Source: Candidatus Saccharimonadota bacterium (GTDB taxonomy: Bacteria; Pseudomonadota; Gammaproteobacteria; Burkholderiales; Burkholderiaceae). From it: a stretch of DNA of 32,000 bases. Numbering within the stretch: the stretch's first letter is position 1; each line of letters starts with the position of its first letter. Below are positions 9,563 to 18,810 of this stretch, in pieces. The stretch lies in assembly GCF_964019745.1 (NCBI RefSeq), contig NZ_OZ026462.1:270001-302000 (forward strand), in the 5' to 3' direction. Below the pieces are notes generated by a model. It was not told where the DNA came from and made no database searches. It saw nothing but the letters and a program-made list of their open reading frames with translations. The translations under genes and the position numbers were made by a program.

Positions 9563-10816
9563 TTATCTATCTATATCTCCTAAAACAATATCTTGTGTTC
9601 CTATTATTGCAACAGCATCAGATAACATGTGACCTTTAACCATTTTATTAAAACTTTGTAAATGTGCAAATCCTGGAGATCTTATTTTAATTCTATAAGG
9701 TTTATTAGCTCCATCAGAAATAATATATATTCCAAATTCTCCTTTAGGATGTTCAATAGCTGAATATACTTCTCCTTCTGGAAGACAAAACCCCTCTGAA
9801 AATAATTTAAAATGATGTATTAATTCTTCCATACCACTTTTGATATTATTTTTAGTTGGAGGAGAAATTTTATGGTTATTAATTTTTATAGGTCCTGGAT
9901 TTATTTTTAACCAATTTATACATTGTTTAATTATTAAATTAGATTCTTTCATTTCTTGCATTCTTACTAGATATCTATCATAACAATCACCATTTTTACC
10001 AATTGGTATAGAAAAATTTATTTTTTCATATATAGCATATGGTTGTTTTTTTCTTAAATCCCATTTAACCCCAGAACCTCTAAGCATAGGACCAGTAAAA
10101 CCCATAGAAATAGCATCTTCTGGTGTTACAATACCAATATTTTTTAATCTTTGTTTCCAAATTTTATTATCTGTTAAAAGAGTTTCATATTCTTCGATAT
10201 ATTTAGGAAATTTTTTAGTAAAATCTTCAATAAAATCTAATAAAGATCCTTGTCTATTTTCATTTATTTTATTTAAATAATTTTTATTTTTTTTAAAAAT
10301 TTTTTTAAATTTTGGCATTTTTTCTGGTAAATCTCTATAAACTCCTCCTGGTCTATAATAAGCAGCATGTATTCTAGATCCAGATACTGCTTCATAACAA
10401 TCAATTAATGTTTCTCTTTCTCTAAATGTATATAAAAAAACCCCCATTGCTCCCATATCTAAAGCATGAGAACCTAACCACATTAAATGATTTAATATTC
10501 TTGTTATTTCATCAAACATAACTCTAATATATTTAGCTCTGATTGGTATTTCAATTTTTAATAATTTTTCTATAGCTAAAACATAAGCATGTTCATTGCA
10601 CATCATAGAAACATAATCTAATCTATCCATATATGGAATTGATTGAAGATAAGTTTTTTGTTCTATTAATTTTTCTGTTCCTCTATGTAAAAAACCAATA
10701 TGAGGTGTAGCTTTTTTAATTATTTCTCCATCTAATTCTAATATTAAACGTAAAACTCCATGTGCTGCTGGATGTTGAGGACCAAAATTTAATATAAATT
10801 TTTTTTTTTTATTCAT
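9563..10816 (-). CDS. nuoD: NADH:quinone oxidoreductase subunit D
   Basis: 417 aa, highly conserved ([37 protein letters not shown]-terminal VLGDIDR). Confidence 0.97.
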   Translation of the reverse strand: MNKKKKFILNFGPQHPAAHGVLRLILELDGEIIKKATPHIGFLHRGTEKLIEQKTYLQSIPYMDRLDYVSMMCNEHAYVLAIEKLLKIEIPIRAKYIRVMFDEITRILNHLMWLGSHALDMGAMGVFLYTFRERETLIDCYEAVSGSRIHAAYYRPGGVYRDLPEKMPKFKKIFKKNKNYLNKINENRQGSLLDFIEDFTKKFPKYIEEYETLLTDNKIWKQRLKNIGIVTPEDAISMGFTGPMLRGSGVKWDLRKKQPYAIYEKINFSIPIGKNGDCYDRYLVRMQEMKESNLIIKQCINWLKINPGPIKINNHKISPPTKNNIKSGMEELIHHFKLFSEGFCLPEGEVYSAIEHPKGEFGIYIISDGANKPYRIKIRSPGFAHLQSFNKMVKGHMLSDAVAIIGTQDIVLGDIDR

Positions 10817-10859
10817 ATTATTTTAATTTATATTTTTAAAATAATTAAAATTTAGTAAT

Positions 10860-11432
10860 TTATTTTATAATTCTTTGTGGTATAAATGGTTTTTTAATAT
10901 CTATAATTTTATAATTTACATTTTTTTTAGAGTTATCATAATATATTTCTGTGTATCCATAAACTAAAAAATCTTTTCTTAAAGGATGTCCTATAAAATT
11001 ATAATCAGTTAAAATTCTATTTAAATTTTTATGATTAGTAAAAATTATACCATATAAATCATAAATTTCTCTTTCATACCAATTAGCAGATTTCCAAATA
11101 TTTGTTAATGAAGGTAATTTAGGATTATTATTATTTTTAATAAATACTTTTATTCTTAATCTCCAATTATATTTAATAGATAAAAGATGATAAATAACAG
11201 CAAATCTATTAATATTTTTTTTAAATTTATTTTTATAAGTTAAATAATCTACACCACAAATATCTATTAATTTTTTAAATTGTGTTTTTTTATTATTAAA
11301 AATTTTTTTCATACAAAATAAATAATTTTTTGGTTTTATTACAATAGTAATTTCATTAAATTCTTCTTTAAATTTTTCTATAAAATTACCTAAAATTTTA
11401 AAAATATATTTTTTAAGTTTTTCATTTTTCAT
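10860..11432 (-). CDS. nuoC: NADH:quinone oxidoreductase subunit C
   Basis: 190 aa containing WYEREIYDLYGIIFTNH...L and GHPLRKDF motifs. It is a separate gene, not fused to nuoD. Confidence 0.93.
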   Translation of the reverse strand: MKNEKLKKYIFKILGNFIEKFKEEFNEITIVIKPKNYLFCMKKIFNNKKTQFKKLIDICGVDYLTYKNKFKKNINRFAVIYHLLSIKYNWRLRIKVFIKNNNNPKLPSLTNIWKSANWYEREIYDLYGIIFTNHKNLNRILTDYNFIGHPLRKDFLVYGYTEIYYDNSKKNVNYKIIDIKKPFIPQRIIK

Positions 11433-11452
11433 TTAATTTTTACAAATTAAAA

Positions 11453-11929
11453 TTATTTATTAATAATATTTTGATTTTTAATTTTATTTTTTAATTGTAT
11501 TATTCCATTTATTAATGCTTCTGGAGTAGGTGGACAACCTGGAACATATATATCAACAGGTACTATTTTGTCACATCCTCTAACAACAGAATAAGAATAA
11601 TGATAATATCCACCGCCATTAGCACATGAGCCCATAGATATTACCCATCTTGGTTCAGGCATTTGATCATAAACTTTTCTTAATGCAGGTGCCATTTTAT
11701 TACATAAAGTTCCAGCAATTATCATAACATCTGATTGTCTAGGAGAAGCTCTAAACATTACTCCAAAACGATCTAAATCATATCTTGAAGCACCAGCATG
11801 CATCATTTCTATTGCACAACAAGCTAAACCAAAAGTCATTGGCCACATAGAACCACTTTGTGCCCAATTAATTAATTTATTTAATGTTGTTGTAGCAAAT
11901 CCATTATGTAATTTATTATTATTTAACAT
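11453..11929 (-). CDS. nuoB: NADH:quinone oxidoreductase subunit B
   Basis: 158 aa with [27 protein letters not shown] and VPGCPP motifs. Confidence 0.97.
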   Translation of the reverse strand: MLNNNKLHNGFATTTLNKLINWAQSGSMWPMTFGLACCAIEMMHAGASRYDLDRFGVMFRASPRQSDVMIIAGTLCNKMAPALRKVYDQMPEPRWVISMGSCANGGGYYHYSYSVVRGCDKIVPVDIYVPGCPPTPEALINGIIQLKNKIKNQNIINK

Positions 11930-11935
11930 TTTTTA

Positions 11936-12292
11936 TTACCATTCTAAAGCTCCTTCTTTTAATATATATAAAAAAGCTATAATAAGTTCAAAAATAAAAA
12001 TCATTATAGTAATATATCCATATATTCCTATTTTTTTCATAGATATACACCAAGGAAAAAAAAAAATACTTTCTATATCAAATAAAATAAAAAAAATTGC
12101 AATTAAATAATATTTAATATTAAATTTTATTCTTGAATCTTTAAAAGAATTAAAACCACATTCGTATGAAGAATTTTTTTCTTTATATGATTTATGTGGT
12201 CCACATATATAACCAATAATTTGAGGAATAATACCTATTGTTATTCCTATAAATATAAATAATAATATTTTTAAATAATTTTTATTATACAT
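11936..12292 (-). CDS. nuoA: NADH:quinone oxidoreductase subunit A
   Basis: 118 aa with three transmembrane segments and the YECGF...F and LFDIE motifs. It is the first gene of the nuo cluster. Confidence 0.93.
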   Translation of the reverse strand: MYNKNYLKILLFIFIGITIGIIPQIIGYICGPHKSYKEKNSSYECGFNSFKDSRIKFNIKYYLIAIFFILFDIESIFFFPWCISMKKIGIYGYITIMIFIFELIIAFLYILKEGALEW

Positions 12293-12309
12293 ATTAAAAA
12301 AAAAATTTA

Positions 12310-12392
12310 TACCGATGACGAGAATTGAACTCGTATAGCTTTTACGCTATTACCTCCTTAAGGTAACGTGTATACCATTTCACCACATCGGT
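12310..12392 (-). tRNA. leuU: tRNA-Leu, class II (long variable arm), anticodon AAG by manual fold
   Basis: Manual cloverleaf: acceptor ACCGATG/CATCGGT, D arm GTG-AAATGGTATA-CAC, anticodon stem TTACC/GGTAA, loop TTAAGGA, variable stem TAGC/GCTA, T arm ACGAG-TTCAATT-CTCGT, discriminator A. CCA is not encoded. It is a GC island in AT-rich DNA, and its position downstream of secG matches E. coli leuU. Confidence 0.85.
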
Positions 12393-12429
12393 ATTTTAAA
12401 AATACTTAAATATTTTTATATAGTTAATT

Positions 12430-12684
12430 TTAATTATTATTATTTTTAATAAAAATTTTATTATTAAAATATACAGAAGTTATTGTTAATAATAAAAATA
12501 TTATTATTATAGTTATGATTAATTTAAAGTAAAAATGATAATATTCATCATAATCTAAAAAATTTAAATAAGATTTATTGTTATATATATTAATATTTTT
12601 ATTATTTTCAAATAATATTAAAATAATAATAATTAATCCTGAAAAAATTTGTAAAAAAGTAATAATTACATACATTTTATACAT
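12430..12684 (-). CDS. secG: putative preprotein translocase subunit SecG (highly diverged small 2-TM protein)
   Basis: 84 aa with two hydrophobic segments separated by a polar loop, and an N-terminus MY..VIITFLQIFSGLIIIILIL comparable to SecG. The conserved secG-tRNA-Leu(-nuoA) context supports it. Sequence similarity itself is weak. Confidence 0.55.
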   Translation of the reverse strand: MYKMYVIITFLQIFSGLIIIILILFENNKNINIYNNKSYLNFLDYDEYYHFYFKLIITIIIIFLLLTITSVYFNNKIFIKNNNN

Positions 12685-12828
12685 ATTTTTTTGTATATTT
12701 TATTTATTTTAATAAAATATATACTTTGTAATATTTTTATTATATAATAATTATAAATTATATATATTTTATATATATGTAATGTGTTTTGGTATTTAAA
12801 TAATTTTTATATTTACAAGAAAAATTTT

Positions 12829-13032
12829 ATGGCAACAGGAATTGTAAAATGGTTTAATGATTCTAAAGGTTTTGGTTTCATAACTCCAGATGATGGTAGT
12901 GAAGATTTATTTGCGCATTTTTCTGCTATTCAAATGAATGGATTTAAAACTTTAAAAGAAGGACAAAAAGTACAATTTGAAATAACACAAGGTGCTAAAG
13001 GTAAACAAGCTTCTAATATTCAAACTCCTTAA
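12829..13032 (+). CDS. cspA: cold-shock protein CspA family
   Basis: [65 protein letters not shown] carries canonical RNP1/RNP2 motifs. I place the start at the ATG at 12829 rather than the track's GTG at 12784, because homologues begin MATG/MxTG. Confidence 0.95.
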   Translation: MATGIVKWFNDSKGFGFITPDDGSEDLFAHFSAIQMNGFKTLKEGQKVQFEITQGAKGKQASNIQTP

Positions 13033-13068
13033 TTTTCTGTATTTTTAAAAAAAAATATATATATATTA

Positions 13069-13110
13069 TACAACATATTAAAAATGATAGTATTATTTTA
13101 ATATGTTGTA
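13069..13110 (+). terminator. hairpin downstream of cspA (15-bp stem, 12-nt loop) followed by an A/T run; possible intrinsic terminator
   Basis: TACAACATATTAAAA (13069-13083) is the exact reverse complement of TTTTAATATGTTGTA (13096-13110). It starts 37 nt after the cspA stop and holds most of the few G/C in this spacer. Confidence 0.4.
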
Positions 13111-13481
13111 ATATATATATTTTATATTTTATAAAATTTTATTATTATAATTATTATATTTTTTAAATATATTATATAAATAATTTTTAAATTATAAATT
13201 TTTTAAAATTTTTATTTATAATATAATAAATTATTTTAATATTATTAATTAATATAAAATTTTTTTAAATTTATATATAAATATTTTTATTTATTTTTTT
13301 AAAATTTTTTATAAAAAAAAATATATTATATTTTTTAATATTTTTATAAAATAATTTATATTATATTTAATTTTTTATATATATTATATATATTTTAATA
13401 TTTTTTTTATAAAATTAATAAAATTATATTTATTTTAATTTTTTAATAATATTTTTTAAAAAAAAAAAAATGATAATATAT
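13109..13481. other. 373-nt tract containing no G or C
   Basis: Direct reading: the last G before the tract is at 13108 and the next is at 13482. It lies in the 550-bp spacer between convergent cspA and ftsH. Confidence 0.85.
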
Positions 13482-13582
13482 TTAATATTTTAAAAATTAA
13501 ATTTTTTTTATTTATATTTTATATATAAAATATAATTATTTTTGTTTATAAAATTAATTATTTATTTTAAATAATTAAAAAG

Positions 13583-15367
13583 TTAATTTTTAATTTTCAT
13601 AATTTTATTTATTTCTTTTGAATTTAAAGTTTCTTTTTTTAATAATTTTTTTACCATTATTTTTATTTTATTTTTATTATTTTTTATTATATTTTTTGAA
13701 ATTTGATATTGTGTATTAATAATTTTTTTAATTTCTTTATCAATTTTGTATTTTGTTTTTTCAGAAATATTTTTATTATAATTTTTATTAAAAGAATCAT
13801 CATTTTTATGATATACAACTCCTATTATTTTTGACATACCATAACATATTACCATATCTTTAGCTAATTTTGTGGCTCTTTTAAAATCACCAGAAGCGCC
13901 TGTAGAAGAATTTTTTGTAAATATTTCTTCTGATATTCTACCAGCTAATAAAATAGAAATTTTTTCTAAAATTCTTTTTTTATATAAATTAATTTTATCA
14001 TATTTAGGTAGTTGCCAAGTAATTCCTAAAGAATATCCTCTAGGTATAATAGTAACTTTATGAATTGGGTCAGATTTTGGAAATGTTTTTGCTACTATTA
14101 CATGTCCTGATTCATGATAAGCAGTATTAATACGATCTTTTTCTTGAATAAATATTGATTTATTTTCTGGGCCTAAAATAATTTTATCTTTAGCATATTC
14201 AAAATTTTCCATTTCTACTACTTTTTTATTTAAACTAGCTGCATTAATAGCTGCTTCATTAACTAAATTTGCTAAATCTGCACCAGAAAAACCTGGGGTA
14301 CTTCTTGCTAAAATACTTATTTTCATATTAATTAATATAGGTACTTTTTTAATATGAATTTTTAAAATTTCTTCTCTTCCTTTAACATCTGGTAATGTAA
14401 TTAATATTTGTTTATCAAATCTTCCAGGTCTTAATAATGCTTTATCTAAAACATCAACTCTATTAGTGGCTGCTATTATTATAATTCCAGAATTTTTTTC
14501 AAAACCATCCATTTCTACTAATATTTGATTTAAAGTTTGTTCTCTTTCACTATTACCTCCACCAGATAATTCATATCCTCTTTGTCTTCCTACTGCATCT
14601 ATTTCATCTATAAAAATTATACATGGAGAATATTTTTTAGCATTATTAAACATATTTCTTACTCTTAAAGCGCCAAGACCTACAAATAATTCTACAAATT
14701 CAGAACCTGAGATAGTAAAAAATGGAACTTTTGCTTCTCCTGCGATAGCTCTTGCTAATAATGTTTTACCAGTTCCTGGAGGGCCTACCATTAATATTCC
14801 ATGTGGCATGTATCCACCTAATTTTTTAAATTTTTGAGAATTTTTTAAAAATTCTATTATTTCTTTTAATTCTATTTTAGCTTCATTACACCCTGCAACA
14901 TTTGAAAAATTTATAAAATTATCTTTTGTATTTATCATTTTAGCTTTAGATTTATTAAAAGAAAAATTTACATTTTTACTATTTTGCATATTTTTTATAA
15001 ATAACATCCAAAAAAATGCTACCATAAAAGTTGGTAACCATGATAAAAATGTTTGTAGTACCCAAGATTTTTGATGACCATTTTTTACTTCAAATATAAT
15101 TTTATTTTTTATTAAACGTGATATTAATTTTTTATCTAAAGAAGTAATTGTTGTTTTAATATATTCATTATTTAAATTTTTTGCTTTTAAAATATTATTA
15201 TTTATTAAAACTTTCTTAATATTTTTTGTTTTTATATCATTTATAAATTTTGAGTATGGAATTTTTTTATAAAGAATAATTTTTGAATTGTTAATTCTTT
15301 TTATATGTGTAAAAATTAAAAAAAATAAAAGTAAAAATAAAAAACTTTTATATATTTTTCGTCTCAT
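13583..15367 (-). CDS. ftsH: ATP-dependent zinc metalloprotease FtsH
   Basis: 594 aa with an N-terminal transmembrane region, Walker A GPPGTGKTLLARAIAGEA, Walker [10 protein letters not shown], an SRH region and the zinc site HESGHVIV. Confidence 0.97.
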   Translation of the reverse strand: MRRKIYKSFLFLLLFFLIFTHIKRINNSKIILYKKIPYSKFINDIKTKNIKKVLINNNILKAKNLNNEYIKTTITSLDKKLISRLIKNKIIFEVKNGHQKSWVLQTFLSWLPTFMVAFFWMLFIKNMQNSKNVNFSFNKSKAKMINTKDNFINFSNVAGCNEAKIELKEIIEFLKNSQKFKKLGGYMPHGILMVGPPGTGKTLLARAIAGEAKVPFFTISGSEFVELFVGLGALRVRNMFNNAKKYSPCIIFIDEIDAVGRQRGYELSGGGNSEREQTLNQILVEMDGFEKNSGIIIIAATNRVDVLDKALLRPGRFDKQILITLPDVKGREEILKIHIKKVPILINMKISILARSTPGFSGADLANLVNEAAINAASLNKKVVEMENFEYAKDKIILGPENKSIFIQEKDRINTAYHESGHVIVAKTFPKSDPIHKVTIIPRGYSLGITWQLPKYDKINLYKKRILEKISILLAGRISEEIFTKNSSTGASGDFKRATKLAKDMVICYGMSKIIGVVYHKNDDSFNKNYNKNISEKTKYKIDKEIKKIINTQYQISKNIIKNNKNKIKIMVKKLLKKETLNSKEINKIMKIKN

Positions 15368-15443
15368 TTTAATATTTTAATATTTATATATTTATTAAAT
15401 AAAAAAAATATATTACATATAATTAATATTATATATTATATTT

Positions 15444-17519
15444 TTAATATTTTTTTTTTTTCATAGAAAATTTTAATCTTCCTTTATTGTCACAATTTAT
15501 TACTTTAATTTTAATTATTTGTCCTTTTTTTAAAAAATCTTTTATAGATTTTTTTTTTTTATTTGTTATTTGGTTAATATGTAATAAACCATCTTTACCT
15601 GGAATAATTTGAACTATAGCGCCAAATTCTAATATTTTTATTACAGTTCCTTTATAAAATTCTCCTATTTTTATAGATTTTGTAAGTATTTCAATTTTTT
15701 TTTTTGCATTTTGTCCTGTTTTTTTATCTATTGATAATATAGTTATTATTCCTTCATTACTAATATCTATATTTGTTTTAGTTTTTTGTATAATATTTTT
15801 AATTATTGAACCACCTTTACCTATTATATTTTTAATATTTTTTGGATTAATTTTAAATTTTATTAAATGTGGTGCAAACTTTGAAAGTTTTATTTTCTTT
15901 ATAGAAAGTGAATTTTCCATTTTTTTTAAAATTTTTAAAAGATTTTCTTTTGCTTGCATTAGAACACGAAAAATATTTTTTTTTGTTATCCCTGTAGTTT
16001 TTATATCCATTTGTAAAGCAGTAATTCCCTTAATAGTTCTAGTTATTTTAAAATCTAAAATCCCTAATTGATCTTCTTTTCCTAAAATATCACTTAAAAT
16101 TATATTTTTTTTTTTATTTCTTATTAATCCTATTGCTATCCCAGCAACATAATTTTTTATTGGAACACCAGCATTTACTAAAGCTAATGATCCTCCACAA
16201 ACAGAAGCCATTGAAGAAGAACCATTAGATTCTGTAATTTCTGAAACAATTCTTATTGAATAATTAAAATTTTTTATATTAGGTAATGAATTTATTAATG
16301 CTCTTTTTGCTAAATATCCATGTCCTATTTCTCTTCTTTTTGGAAAATTTATTTTATTTATTTCTCCAGTAGCAAAAGGTAACATATTATAATGTAACAT
16401 AAATCTTTCTGAATGTTCTCCTAAAGAAGTTTCAATTTTTTGTTCATCTTTTGAAGATCCTAAAGTAGTTATTACTAATGCTTGAGTTTCTCCTTTAGTA
16501 AAAAGAATAGATCCATGTGTTCTAGGTAAAATACTAGTTTTTATATTTATAGGTCTAATATCCATTATTCCTCTTTTATCTATTCTAGAATTTCCATTAA
16601 AAATTTTATTTTTATTTTTTTTAAAAATTGTTTTTAAATAAAAATTATTAATTTCTTTAATTTTTTTTTTTTCTATTTTATTTAAACTTAAAAAAATTTT
16701 TTTTTTTATTAAATTTAATTTATTATTATTTAATAATAAATTATCAATTTTATATATATTTTTTAATTTATATTTTATTAAATTTTTAATTTTAAATATT
16801 TTATATTTATTTTCAGGTTTCCAATTTATTTTTTTTTTATTTACTTTTTTTTTAAATTTATTTATAAAATCTATTATTATTTTAATTTTTTTTTGTCCAA
16901 AAGTTATAGCTTTTAATATTTTTTTTTCTGATATTTCTTTTGAAATTGCTTCAAGCATTAAAATTTTTTTTTTTGTTCCAGATAAAATTAAGTTTAATTT
17001 TGAAAATTTTAATTCTGAAATAGTAGGATTTAAAATAAATTTATTATTAATATATCCTATTCTTATTGTAGCAATAGATTCTTTAAAAGGTATTCCTGAA
17101 ATAGATATTGCTACTGAAACTCCTATAGCTGCTAAAATATCTGGATCATTTTCTTTATCTACAGATAAAGTATGAATTATAATTTGTATTTTATTAAAAA
17201 AATTTTTTGGAAATAATGGTCTAATTAATCTATCAATTAAACGAGATATTATTATTTCTCTTTCTGATGGTTTTCCTTCTCTTTTAAAAAATCCTCCAGG
17301 AATTTTACCTATTGAATATAATTTCTCTATATAATTAATAGTTAAAGGAAAAAAATTTTTTTTTTTAATTTTTTGTAAATTATTAACAACAGTTACTAAA
17401 ACTATTGTATTATTAACAGTAATTTTTACTGAGCTAGAAGTTTTTTTAGCTATTTCTCCAGTTTCTAAAATTATTTTATAAGATTTAATTTTTAAAACTT
17501 TAATAATTTTTTTAAACAC
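15444..17519 (-). CDS. pnp: polyribonucleotide nucleotidyltransferase (PNPase)
   Basis: 691 aa with two RNase PH domains, a KH domain (IGKGGSIIKNI) and an S1 domain (GEFYKGTVIKILEFGAIVQI). The N-terminus MFKK...LETGEIAK matches PNPase. The start is GTG at 17519-17517, preceded by AAAGGA. Confidence 0.96.
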   Translation of the reverse strand: MFKKIIKVLKIKSYKIILETGEIAKKTSSSVKITVNNTIVLVTVVNNLQKIKKKNFFPLTINYIEKLYSIGKIPGGFFKREGKPSEREIIISRLIDRLIRPLFPKNFFNKIQIIIHTLSVDKENDPDILAAIGVSVAISISGIPFKESIATIRIGYINNKFILNPTISELKFSKLNLILSGTKKKILMLEAISKEISEKKILKAITFGQKKIKIIIDFINKFKKKVNKKKINWKPENKYKIFKIKNLIKYKLKNIYKIDNLLLNNNKLNLIKKKIFLSLNKIEKKKIKEINNFYLKTIFKKNKNKIFNGNSRIDKRGIMDIRPINIKTSILPRTHGSILFTKGETQALVITTLGSSKDEQKIETSLGEHSERFMLHYNMLPFATGEINKINFPKRREIGHGYLAKRALINSLPNIKNFNYSIRIVSEITESNGSSSMASVCGGSLALVNAGVPIKNYVAGIAIGLIRNKKKNIILSDILGKEDQLGILDFKITRTIKGITALQMDIKTTGITKKNIFRVLMQAKENLLKILKKMENSLSIKKIKLSKFAPHLIKFKINPKNIKNIIGKGGSIIKNIIQKTKTNIDISNEGIITILSIDKKTGQNAKKKIEILTKSIKIGEFYKGTVIKILEFGAIVQIIPGKDGLLHINQITNKKKKSIKDFLKKGQIIKIKVINCDNKGRLKFSMKKKKY

Positions 17520-17544
17520 AAATTCCTTTACATATTAATATAAT

Positions 17545-17817
17545 TTATTTTCTTATTTTTAATTTATTAATTAATAAATTATATTCTTTTTCATTTTTTT
17601 TTTTTAAATAAAATAATAATTTTTTTCTTTTATTTATTATTTTTATTAGTCCTATTTTTGAATGATTATCTTTATTATTTTTTTTAAAGTGTATATTTAA
17701 ATTATTTATACGATAAGTTAAAATAGCTATTTGAACTTTTGTAGAACCTGTATCATTTTTATTTTTTGCGTATTTATTTAAAATAATATTTAAAATTTCT
17801 TTGTTATTTATTTTCAT
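17545..17817 (-). CDS. rpsO: 30S ribosomal protein S15
   Basis: 90 aa containing GSTKVQIAILTYRINNLNIHFKKNNKDNHS. The classic rpsO-pnp pairing supports the call. Confidence 0.93.
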   Translation of the reverse strand: MKINNKEILNIILNKYAKNKNDTGSTKVQIAILTYRINNLNIHFKKNNKDNHSKIGLIKIINKRKKLLFYLKKKNEKEYNLLINKLKIRK

Positions 17818-17998
17818 AAATGTTATAATATTTAGTTATGTATTATAAAAAATTTTTTTAAAAAAAAAAAATATTAAAAATATAATATAAATATTATATT
17901 ATATATTTATAAAAATATTATTTTTTAATATAATTATTATAATAAAAAAATATTTTTAGTAAATTTTAAAAATTTTTAAAAAAAATATAATTATTTAT

Positions 17999-18751
17999 AT
18001 GAAAAAAAATATTATTTTTGGTTTTCATTCAATTTTTTCTTGTATAAAAAATAAATTTTTTTTAATAAATAAAATTTATATTAATTATAATAGAAATGAT
18101 ATTCGTATAAAAAAAATTTTAAATTTGTTATCAAAAAAAAAAAATTTAATTAAAAAAGTAGATAAAAATTATTTATTTAAAATATCTAAAACAAATGCTC
18201 ATCAAGGTATAGTTGCTTTAATATATAAAAAAAATACTTTTTTAAAAATTGAAAATTATATTAATAATATAAAAAAAAATTCTTTATTTTTAATTCTTGA
18301 TAGAATTACTGATCCTCATAATTTAGGTGCATGTTTACGTACTGCTAATTGTTTTGGTGTTAAAGCAGTTATTATTGCAAAAAATAAATCAGTTAAATTA
18401 AATTCAACTGTTACAAAAGTTTCTAGTGGAGCATCTTTAAATATTCCTTTTTTTAAAGTTTCTAATTTGATTAATATAATTAATTTATTAAAAAAAAAAG
18501 GTGTTTGGATAATAGGTATGGATTGTAATAATTTAAATAAAAATTTATATAATATGAATTTTACAGGTTCTTGGGCATTAATTTTAGGTTCTGAAAATAA
18601 AGGTATTCGTCAATTAATAAAAAAAAATTGTGATTTTTTAATTAAAATTCCTATGTTTAGTAATATAAAAAGTTTAAATGTTTCTGTAGCTTTAGGAATA
18701 TGTTTATATGAAATTAAAAAACAACAATTTTTTTTAAAATATAAAAAATAA
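17999..18751 (+). CDS. rlmB: SpoU/TrmH-family rRNA 2'-O-methyltransferase, RlmB-like
   Basis: 250 aa with an N-terminal substrate-binding-like region plus SpoU motifs (LILDRITDPHNLGACLRTANCFGV, LILGSENKGIR, IPMFSNIKSLNVSVALGICLYE). Confidence 0.8.
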   Translation: MKKNIIFGFHSIFSCIKNKFFLINKIYINYNRNDIRIKKILNLLSKKKNLIKKVDKNYLFKISKTNAHQGIVALIYKKNTFLKIENYINNIKKNSLFLILDRITDPHNLGACLRTANCFGVKAVIIAKNKSVKLNSTVTKVSSGASLNIPFFKVSNLINIINLLKKKGVWIIGMDCNNLNKNLYNMNFTGSWALILGSENKGIRQLIKKNCDFLIKIPMFSNIKSLNVSVALGICLYEIKKQQFFLKYKK

Positions 18752-18810
18752 TTTTTATATTTTTTTTAATATAATATATAAAATATATTTATATTATTTA
18801 AATATTAATT

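Noticed and set aside
12784-12828. 15-codon N-terminal extension of cspA from a GTG start ([15 protein letters not shown])
   Set aside because: CspA-family proteins begin right at MATG/MSxG before the KWFN motif. The extension is AT-rich noise, so I use the ATG at 12829.
13109-13481. The G/C-free tract as a replication origin (oriC)
   Set aside because: DnaA boxes (TTATCCACA-like) need G/C and cannot be present. The flanking genes converge on the tract, and no dnaA, dnaN or gidA lies nearby. I kept it only as an unexplained AT tract, not as an origin call.
13872-14063. 63-aa plus-strand ORF
   Set aside because: It is antisense within the ftsH protease domain.
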